64,000 nt of DNA from Aquabacterium sp. GTDB lineage: Bacteria; Pseudomonadota; Gammaproteobacteria; Burkholderiales; Burkholderiaceae_C. The DNA lies in assembly GCA_046597355.1 (NCBI GenBank), contig JBKJKU010000144.1, positions 49-64,048 on the forward strand. The letters are read 5' to 3'. Both the position numbers and the translations under genes were made by a program. Each line of letters starts with the position of its first letter. Within the stretch, counting starts at the first letter, position 1. A model generated the notes under the pieces. It searched no databases, was not told the DNA's origin, and saw nothing but the letters and a program-made list of their open reading frames with translations. Positions 56,651 through 64,000 of this stretch are shown piece by piece.

Positions 56651-59416
56651 ATGAAGAAGACTTCAACGACCAGCCGACCGGTGAGCCACGCGCTCGGGTT
56701 CAGGCTGCAACCCGTGGCGGCCGGTTGTGCCCTGTTGCTGCTGGGCACGGCCCAATTGGCCCAGGCGCAGCAAGCCACCCAGGAGGTCACGGTGACTGGC
56801 ATCCGCCGGGGTATCGAGGCCGCCATCTCGGTGAAAAAGAACGCCGACGGCATCGTCGAGGCGATCTCGGCCGAGGACATCGGCAAGCTGCCGGACAACA
56901 GCATTGCCGAGTCGATAGCGCGTCTGCCGGGCCTGTCGGCCCAGCGGGTGGCCGGTCGGGCGCAGGTCATCAGCGTGCGTGGCCTGTCGCCTGATTTCGC
57001 AACCACCTTGCTCAACGGCCGTGAGGTGGTGAGCACCGGTGACAACCGCAGTGTGGAGTTCGACCAGTACCCGTCAGAGCTGCTCAGCGGCGTCGTCATC
57101 TACAAGACGCCGTATGCCGACCTGGTGGGCCAGGGCCTGTCCGGCACGCTGGACATGCAGACGGTGCGGCCGTTGAATTTCAGCAACCGGGTCATTGCCG
57201 TCAATGCGCGCTACCAGCAAAACTCGTTGGGCGCAGCCGCCAATGCCAAAGACAACGGCAACCGAATCAGCGCCAGCTACATCGACCAGTTTGCCAACCG
57301 CACGGTGGGCATTGCACTGGGCTTTGCGCACCAGGAGTCACCGGTGCAGGAGAACCAGGTCGGCTTTTATGAGCCCTGGAAGCAGGTCGACAACACCAAG
57401 ACAGATTTCACCCGTCCCGGTTTGGCCAATGGCAGCTGGTTGCCCGACGGCCTGAAGGCGCTGCGCCGCACCGGCGTCACCAAGCGCGACGGCCTGATGG
57501 CGACGGTCGAGCTGAAAGCCAGCAAGGACTGGACCAGCACGCTGGACCTGTTCGCCTCGAAGGCCACCCAGGAGGACACCGCCAACCAGTGGGAGATGAA
57601 CCTCCAGTACAACGGCAACTACCCCTGCAATCCGCAGTGCGCGTTCACCAGCCCGACCTACACCGGCGGCAACGCCTTCGCCAGCGGCACCGTCACCGGC
57701 GTCTACCCGCTGGTGCGGGGCATGTACAACAAGCGCGACGACGAGATCAAGGCCGCGGGCTGGAAAAACCAATTCAAGCTGGGTGGCGTCGCCCTGGTGG
57801 CCGACGTCAACTACTCGAAGGCGACGCGCAACGAAACCAGCCTGGAGAACAACACGCAGTTGGTGCCGGCACCGCAATACGACACCGTCGGCATGAATTT
57901 CCGCAGTGGCGATTTCTCGAGCTTCCGACCGGCGCTGTCCTACGCCGACCCGACCAAACTCTTCCTTCGCGGGACGATCTACGGCTCGGGCTACGGCAAG
58001 ACACCGAGCGTCGAGGACGAGCTCACCGGCGTCAAGCTCGGTGCCAAGTTGCCGACCAGCGGCGCGGTGGGCAGCCTTTTCGCCGATATCGATGTGGGCC
58101 TGAACTACGCCGACCGGTCCAAGAAAAAACGCCAGCCTGAAGGCAACATCAACGTGGGCAAGCAAGGCGACACCGCGATTGCCGCTGATCTGCAGTACGC
58201 ACCGGTCAACCTGGGTTTCGCTGGATTGGGCACGATCCCGTCGTGGAACGTGCCCGGCGCCGTCGGCCGCTACATGACCTTCAACCCCAGCGAGACAGCG
58301 GCCGCCTACCTGATCGCCAAAGCCTGGAACGTGTACGAAAAGACGGCGACGGGCTATGTGCAGGGCAATATCGATACGCAGTGGGGCGGCACCAATGTCC
58401 GCGGTAACCTGGGCATCCAGGTTGTCCGTACCGATCAATCCTCAACCTCCAACTACTGGGACGGTACGGCCCCTGCAGGCAAGGAAGTCAAGCCCTTCAG
58501 CGATGGCAAGACCTCTACCGACGTGCTGCCCAGCCTGAACCTTGCCTTCGATCTCGGCAACGACCAGACCGTGCGTTTCGCGGCGGCACAGCAGATGGCG
58601 CGCCCGCGGGTTGACCAGTTGCGTTCGTCACTTGATTTTGGTGTTGACGCCGCCACCGGCCGGCCCGGCGCCAGCGGTGGCAATCCGCGGCTCGACCCCT
58701 GGAAGGCCAATGCGCTCGACCTGTCGTACGAGAAGTACTTTGGCACCCGGGCCTACGTGGCGGCGGCCGGCTTCTACAAGGACCTGAAGAGCTATATCTA
58801 CACCCAAGGCAAGGACTACGACTACTCGCAATTCATCGCGGGTTATGTGCCGAAGCCGGGCAATCCACCGGCCCAGAAGATGGGCACCTTGACCGCGCCC
58901 TACAACGGCCAGGGCGGCAAACTCCAGGGTCTCGAATTGTCGGCATCGCTGCCCTTCAATCTGTTGGCGCCGTCGCTGCAGGGCTTTGGCGTGGTGGCCA
59001 GCGTCAGCATCACCAACAGCAATGTCAAGATCAAGGACCCTGAAAGCGCCAGCAGCGTGGGCAGCGGCGAGATCGCGCTGCCGGGTTTGTCAAAGAACGT
59101 CAGCAACCTGACCGTTTACTACGAGAACCGGGGTTTTGAGGCCCGCATCAGCCAGCGCAAGCGCTCCGACTACATCGGCGAGATTGGCAACTTCAATGGC
59201 GCCCGCACCTTGCGCTATGTCGTTGGCGAGAGCGTGGTCGATGCGCAATTGGCCTACAACTTCAACGAAGGCAGCTACAAGGGCCTGGGCGTGCTGTTGC
59301 AGGTCAACAACCTGACCAATGAGGGCTACCAGACCTATGCCGGCACCAAGGACCGGCCGCTGGAGTACATCAAGTGGGGCAAGACCGTGCTGCTGGGTGC
59401 GAACTACAAGTTCTGA
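56651..59416 (+). CDS. TonB-dependent receptor, carbohydrate (maltodextrin/alpha-glucan) type
   Basis: AAGGAG RBS; EVTVTGIR TonB box, AEDIGKLPD..IAESIARLPG, FDQYPSEL, NNLTNE, C-terminal Phe. Confidence 0.93.
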   Translation: MKKTSTTSRPVSHALGFRLQPVAAGCALLLLGTAQLAQAQQATQEVTVTGIRRGIEAAISVKKNADGIVEAISAEDIGKLPDNSIAESIARLPGLSAQRVAGRAQVISVRGLSPDFATTLLNGREVVSTGDNRSVEFDQYPSELLSGVVIYKTPYADLVGQGLSGTLDMQTVRPLNFSNRVIAVNARYQQNSLGAAANAKDNGNRISASYIDQFANRTVGIALGFAHQESPVQENQVGFYEPWKQVDNTKTDFTRPGLANGSWLPDGLKALRRTGVTKRDGLMATVELKASKDWTSTLDLFASKATQEDTANQWEMNLQYNGNYPCNPQCAFTSPTYTGGNAFASGTVTGVYPLVRGMYNKRDDEIKAAGWKNQFKLGGVALVADVNYSKATRNETSLENNTQLVPAPQYDTVGMNFRSGDFSSFRPALSYADPTKLFLRGTIYGSGYGKTPSVEDELTGVKLGAKLPTSGAVGSLFADIDVGLNYADRSKKKRQPEGNINVGKQGDTAIAADLQYAPVNLGFAGLGTIPSWNVPGAVGRYMTFNPSETAAAYLIAKAWNVYEKTATGYVQGNIDTQWGGTNVRGNLGIQVVRTDQSSTSNYWDGTAPAGKEVKPFSDGKTSTDVLPSLNLAFDLGNDQTVRFAAAQQMARPRVDQLRSSLDFGVDAATGRPGASGGNPRLDPWKANALDLSYEKYFGTRAYVAAAGFYKDLKSYIYTQGKDYDYSQFIAGYVPKPGNPPAQKMGTLTAPYNGQGGKLQGLELSASLPFNLLAPSLQGFGVVASVSITNSNVKIKDPESASSVGSGEIALPGLSKNVSNLTVYYENRGFEARISQRKRSDYIGEIGNFNGARTLRYVVGESVVDAQLAYNFNEGSYKGLGVLLQVNNLTNEGYQTYAGTKDRPLEYIKWGKTVLLGANYKF

Positions 59417-59442
59417 TCCCCGGCCCGTCGTTCAGGCACTAC

Positions 59443-59475
59443 GGCCTCGTCGCTTTGGCGGCGGGGCCTTTTTGC
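59443..59475 (+). terminator. Intrinsic terminator of the TonB-dependent receptor gene
   Basis: GGCCTCGTCGC-TTTG-GCGGCGGGGCC followed by a T run. Confidence 0.8.
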
Positions 59476-59659
59476 TTTATGGCGTCTACAGGCCCGCTTT
59501 GGCGGGGTCTCGATGCCGGCCGCCCGGCAATAGCGGCGGCGGTCGGCACCCGCGGCGCCGGTTATGCTGCACCGATGGCCCTGGCGCACCTCTGCGAGCT
59601 GAACCGTTGCGACTCCCGCTGGCCGGGCCCGGCCGGATTGACTGCTGCGGGGGCCAGTC

Positions 59660-60463
59660 TTGTTGCCGCGTAGGCCGTTGCTGGCGTGGCTGGCCGCCAG
59701 TACGGTGGGTGGTGTCGGCGGTGTTGGTGGCCTGAGTGCTTTGCTGGCCAGCCGCACAGCGGCGGCGGCCAGCACATCGCTGTGTGGCGCGGCCCCGCCG
59801 CCTGCCTATCCGCCGCCCGACAAACCCGCGCTGGTGCAAAGCTGGTTGCAGGACGGTCACCAGGACGGCCCAACGCCCGATTGCCGGGGCTTGCGGGAGC
59901 GTGATTTCGAGTTGCTGGTGCGGCTGACCGGCAGCTACGCTGCGCCGGGTGACCTGGACACCCAACTGGCGCGGTGCGGTGCGGTGTCGTTGCTCAAGGG
60001 CGCGACCTACTGGTCGTTTTCTGACCGCAAGCGCCTGGTGTTGTTTCAAGAGGCCTTTGCAGTGGAGGCGGCGGGCTCGCTGCGGCCCCGCGCCGACTTC
60101 AGTGCGGCCGAGTTGCGCAGCGGCGCCGACCTGCACTATGTGCACAGCGACAACCGGTCGTCCAAACTCTCGCCCTACAGCTTGCGCCTGGTGCAGGCCA
60201 CGCCCGATGGCTTCCAGGTGCAAGTCGAGAACACCACCGACATGCGCTACATGGGCATGGTGCTGGTGGCCGTGCGCGAGATGCAGTGGTCTTTCAACAT
60301 CGAGCGCCTGGGCCCTGGCCGCTGGGGTTACCGCAGCTTGCTCGGCCTGCGCCATTTGCACCTCGGCCGTGCCGAGCAGCACCGGCTGTCCAACCTGTCA
60401 CGCAGCGTGGCGATGTTTGACCTGCTGGCCGGCCGGCAGACCGAGATCGAGCATTACCGCTAG
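59660..60463 (+). CDS. Hypothetical exported protein (twin-arginine-like leader)
   Basis: MLPRRPLL leader with a hydrophobic stretch; host-like codons; start uncertain. Confidence 0.65.
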   Translation: MLPRRPLLAWLAASTVGGVGGVGGLSALLASRTAAAASTSLCGAAPPPAYPPPDKPALVQSWLQDGHQDGPTPDCRGLRERDFELLVRLTGSYAAPGDLDTQLARCGAVSLLKGATYWSFSDRKRLVLFQEAFAVEAAGSLRPRADFSAAELRSGADLHYVHSDNRSSKLSPYSLRLVQATPDGFQVQVENTTDMRYMGMVLVAVREMQWSFNIERLGPGRWGYRSLLGLRHLHLGRAEQHRLSNLSRSVAMFDLLAGRQTEIEHYR

Positions 60464-60486
60464 TCCAGTCGGTCTGGCCAATTCGG

Positions 60487-63400
60487 CTACTCCGACAGCA
60501 GCAGGCGGCCGTAGAGCGCGGGCACTGTCAGCGTGAGTTGGTCACCTTGGTGTTGCAACGTGGACCCTGGCGTCGGTGCCTGGGCCGGCAGATCGGCCAG
60601 CCCATCGCGCAACCGCTGCGCGGACAGGCCCGGCGGCAGCGTCAGTGTCACGGACCGGGTTTGTTCGCTGTTGTTGGTGGCCGTGATCGACCAGGCCGCC
60701 GCAGGCCCCTCGCCGAGGCGCCGCGCCAGCACGATCACATGCCCATCCACATGCAGCGGCGCCAGCAATTCGCCACGCCGCAGCACCGGGTGTGCCTGGC
60801 GCAGCGCGATCAGGCGTTTGACGTCGGCGTGCAGCGCCAGGTCAGGCTGCCCGCCCTGGTCGGCCCAGGGGTAGGGCGCGCGGTTGTAGGGGTCGTCGCC
60901 GCCGGCCAGGCCGACCTCGTCGCCGTAGTAGACCGTGGGCGCACCGGGGTAGCTCATCTGGAACAGCAGCGCCAGCCGCAGCCGTTGCCGGGCCCGCGCA
61001 GCCGTGGCGGCATCGACAGCCGGGCCACCCAGGTGGGTGTCGCCCAGCCGGTGCAGCGCACGCGCCACGTCGTGCGAGGACAGCAAATTCATCAGCGCGT
61101 AAAAGGCCGGTGGTGGGTACAGCTCGCGCACCAGCTCCAGCTGGGCCACGCTGGCCGGGGCCGGGCCGCCAGCGGCATAGTCGAGCACGGCAGTCCGGAA
61201 GATGTAGTTCATCGTCGAGTCGAACATGTCGCCCAGCAGGTGCTTGCTGGCGTCGAACCAGGTTTCGGCGATGGTGATGGCCTCGGGGTCGGTCTGCTTG
61301 ACGGCGGTGCGCCACTCGCGCCAGAAGTCGTCGGGCACCCAGGGCGCCACGTCCATGCGCCAGCCGGCTGCGCCGCGCTGCAGCCAGGCGCGGGTGACCG
61401 AATCAGGCGCACGGTAGGCAAAGTCGCGCCAGGCGGGCGCGGTCTTGTCCAACTCGGGCAAGTCGGCCACGCCGGACCAGCCGGTGTAGGGCAGGCCCTG
61501 AGCAGTCTTTGCCGGGTTGAAGTGGTACCAGCTGGCCCAGGGTGACTTGGGCTGTACCTGGCCGCCTGCGAAGGCGCCAACATTGCCGTCGGCCGTGAAC
61601 TTGCCGTAGCGGTCGAAGTAGCGCGAATCGCTGCCCGTGTGGTTGAACGAGGCGTCCGGCACCACCCGGATGCCGCGTTTGGCGGCCTCGCGGGTCAGCC
61701 GCAAGAAGTCAGCGTTGTTGCCGAAGCCCGGGTCGATCTGTTGGTAGTCCGCGGTGTCGTACTTGTGGTTGCTGGCGGCCTGGAAGATGGGCGTCAGGTA
61801 GATCGCATTGGCGCCCAGGTCGCGGATGTAATCGAGCTTGTCGATGATGCCGGCCAGGTCACCGCCAAAGAAGTCGTTGTTGTAGCTCGCGTCCGAGCCG
61901 TCGCCGCTACCGGGCTTGAACGGCAGACCCAGCCAGCGTGGGTGCTGCTCGACCGCCTGGTCGTGGTAGGTGGTGCGGCCGGGGCGGGGGTCATTGGCCG
62001 GGTCGCCGTTGCGAAAGCGCTCCGGAAAGATGCTGTAGTACACCGCATCGGCCGCCCAGGACGGCACCGTGAAGCCGGGTGCATAGACCGTCTGGCGCAA
62101 CCGCCGGATGTGGCGCGCCTGCTCGGGCGGGCGGGTCACGGCAGCCGCGCCGTTGCTGCCTTTTTCGCGGGTCCAGGCGATCGTGTCGTTGTTGTTTTGC
62201 AGCAGGTAGGTCTCGCCCGCGATGCGCACTTCAAACCAGTAGCCGTAGACGCCGATCTCATCAAAACGGTAGGTGGTGCTGAAGCGTTCGGTGCCAGGTG
62301 CTGCGCCCGGTGTGCGCTGCAGCGGCAGCCGCACCAGCGGCGCGTAGGTCAGCACGGTCTGGTCGCCCACCAGTTGCCGGCGCTCGACCACCAGCGTGGC
62401 CTGCTCCACCCCGGCCAGCGCGGTCAGGCCCCATTGCAGCGGGGTGCCCGCCGGCACCGCGCCAAAGGGCTGCTTGTCGGCCAGCGTGCGGGAATCAAAG
62501 CGCAGGCTCAGGGCCACCGGGTCGGTGATGGCGCGGCGCTTCGGGTCCATGAACTGGCCGGCCGACAAGGTCAGGCGCGGCCCGTCGGTACCAAACGCCA
62601 GGCGCAGGACCTGCTCACCGGCAAAGTCCAGCCGCAGTTCGGCCGTGTTGGTGCCAACCGACAGCACGGCGGGCAGGCCGCTGCTGTTGACCCCAGGGGC
62701 ATTGGCCAGCACGGTGGGGGCGGTCCAGGACTCGTCGGCGATCTTGAATCGGTACTCACCGCTGAGCTTCAGGTTGAGCCTGTAGGCGTCGCAGCGGTAG
62801 ACCAGCGCGTAGGCCTCGTCGGGCTGCCACTGGTTCATGGTGCCGCGCAGGTACAGCGTGGTGTCGCCCAGTGGGGCCGGGCTGCAGGTGGCGGCGTTGG
62901 GGGACGCGGGGCTGGCTGACACCGCGCTGGCCGGCGCATCCGGTTTGTGTACCTGCCAGACCGCGAACGACTGTGCGGCCAGTGGCACCTGCACCACACC
63001 GCCGGCATCGGCCTGCAGGTCCTGGGCTTGGGCCGGGCTGGGCAGCACCGCTTGCAACCGGGCGCCAGCGGCCAGGCCGGGTACGGCAAGCGTTTGGGGC
63101 TGGCGCGCGTAGTTGTAGGTCATCACCGTGTGCTCGCTGCCCAACCGGCGCTGGAAGCTCAGGGTCGCGCCGTCGGCGACCGGGCGCAGCCAACTGCCCC
63201 GCGCAATCGACGGCAGCGCCTTGCGCAGCGCCAGCAAGCCCCGGTAGTGGGCCAGCAGCGAGGCGGGGTCGGCCAGCTGCGCGGCCACGTTGTGGCTGGC
63301 GATATTGCGGGCTGCCGGCCGGAACGGCTGGCCGCGGGTGAAGCCGGCGCCGCGGGCATCGGCGGTCCAGCTCATCGGCGCGCGGATCTCGGGGTCGCCG

Positions 63401-64000
63401 GTCAAGCCGGCGGCGCCTGCCTGACCGATCTCTTCGCCGTAGTAGATGTAAGGCGTGCCGGGCAGCAGCAAGTACGTGGCGGCGCTGAGCCGGTAGGCGG
63501 CCTCGTCGCCCGCCAGTTGGTCCCACAGCCGCCGACCGGCAAACTGGTCGTGGTTGGAGACAAACACGCCCATCCGGGTGCTGGGGCTGGCGTGGTGGGG
63601 GCCGGCGGCGGTGGCTGTGTCGGTGCCGGTGCCGAAGTAGTCTGCCACCGCGCGCACCGCCTCAGGCTCGCCCCGCGCGGCCTTGACCAGGGCGGTCTCC
63701 AGGCCGAAGGCAAAAGCGCTGCCACACAGGTCGGCGTCGGCGTAGGCCTTGGGCTCGGCCGTGGCCTCGCAGACCACATGGCGGCCGGGATAGCCTTGAA
63801 CCAGGCTGCGCATCTGGCGCGTCAGCGCGCGGCTCTCGGGCTGGTCGTTCCAGTCTCGGGCATTGTTCTCGATCAGGTGCGGCACGGCATCCAGCCGAAA
63901 GCCGTCCAGCCCGCGGTTCAGCCAGAAGCGCAGCGAGTCGAGGTGGTACTGCAGCGCGGGCGGATGGCGCAGGTTGAAGTCGGGCATGTCCACCCCGAAC
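60487..64000 (-). CDS. Multidomain GH13 protein with two catalytic domains (alpha-amylase-like plus neopullulanase/cyclomaltodextrinase-like); 5' end beyond the window
   Basis: Domain 1 GFRLDAVPH/CEAT/SNHD; domain 2 NHKYDT/GWRMDVA/AETW/SSHDV; frame stays open to the window edge (...FGVDMPDFN). Confidence 0.92.
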   Translation of the reverse strand, partial: FGVDMPDFNLRHPPALQYHLDSLRFWLNRGLDGFRLDAVPHLIENNARDWNDQPESRALTRQMRSLVQGYPGRHVVCEATAEPKAYADADLCGSAFAFGLETALVKAARGEPEAVRAVADYFGTGTDTATAAGPHHASPSTRMGVFVSNHDQFAGRRLWDQLAGDEAAYRLSAATYLLLPGTPYIYYGEEIGQAGAAGLTGDPEIRAPMSWTADARGAGFTRGQPFRPAARNIASHNVAAQLADPASLLAHYRGLLALRKALPSIARGSWLRPVADGATLSFQRRLGSEHTVMTYNYARQPQTLAVPGLAAGARLQAVLPSPAQAQDLQADAGGVVQVPLAAQSFAVWQVHKPDAPASAVSASPASPNAATCSPAPLGDTTLYLRGTMNQWQPDEAYALVYRCDAYRLNLKLSGEYRFKIADESWTAPTVLANAPGVNSSGLPAVLSVGTNTAELRLDFAGEQVLRLAFGTDGPRLTLSAGQFMDPKRRAITDPVALSLRFDSRTLADKQPFGAVPAGTPLQWGLTALAGVEQATLVVERRQLVGDQTVLTYAPLVRLPLQRTPGAAPGTERFSTTYRFDEIGVYGYWFEVRIAGETYLLQNNNDTIAWTREKGSNGAAAVTRPPEQARHIRRLRQTVYAPGFTVPSWAADAVYYSIFPERFRNGDPANDPRPGRTTYHDQAVEQHPRWLGLPFKPGSGDGSDASYNNDFFGGDLAGIIDKLDYIRDLGANAIYLTPIFQAASNHKYDTADYQQIDPGFGNNADFLRLTREAAKRGIRVVPDASFNHTGSDSRYFDRYGKFTADGNVGAFAGGQVQPKSPWASWYHFNPAKTAQGLPYTGWSGVADLPELDKTAPAWRDFAYRAPDSVTRAWLQRGAAGWRMDVAPWVPDDFWREWRTAVKQTDPEAITIAETWFDASKHLLGDMFDSTMNYIFRTAVLDYAAGGPAPASVAQLELVRELYPPPAFYALMNLLSSHDVARALHRLGDTHLGGPAVDAATAARARQRLRLALLFQMSYPGAPTVYYGDEVGLAGGDDPYNRAPYPWADQGGQPDLALHADVKRLIALRQAHPVLRRGELLAPLHVDGHVIVLARRLGEGPAAAWSITATNNSEQTRSVTLTLPPGLSAQRLRDGLADLPAQAPTPGSTLQHQGDQLTLTVPALYGRLLLSE

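Overview
GC-rich chromosomal window from a betaproteobacterium (Burkholderiales/Comamonadaceae-like, judged from gene content and order). A housekeeping backbone (prfC, dps, ubiA, proC, gdhA, murB, yajQ, kynBUA, mltA, apaG, rpe) is interleaved with accessory modules. These are: a NMT1/THI5-type ABC transporter near a Tsx-like outer-membrane channel with a sigma54/NtrC-type promoter; an esterase-Baeyer-Villiger monooxygenase fusion; a sorbosone-type dehydrogenase plus diheme cytochrome c; two periplasmic-binding-protein/signalling-enzyme pairs; a decaying 5-kb cassette (HIRAN-like gene, three hsp20 genes of which one has ATG-TAA and one is a fragment, an unannotated internally deleted second copy of the M16 peptidase, and a NikR plus TonB-dependent receptor pair); a PEP-CTERM gene with a complete sigma54/IHF/enhancer promoter; and a Suv3-like helicase. 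The right end is a putative alpha-glucan utilisation locus: a Glk-HexR fusion with a degenerate kinase motif, a second Glk, a TonB-dependent receptor, and a giant two-catalytic-domain GH13 protein that runs off the window, with several TGTAG-N5-CTACA HexR-type boxes. Short degenerate tandem repeats are frequent, and two arrays begin exactly at stop codons. No tRNA, rRNA, CRISPR array, integrase or transposase was recognised. All calls come from manual motif reading, with no database searches.
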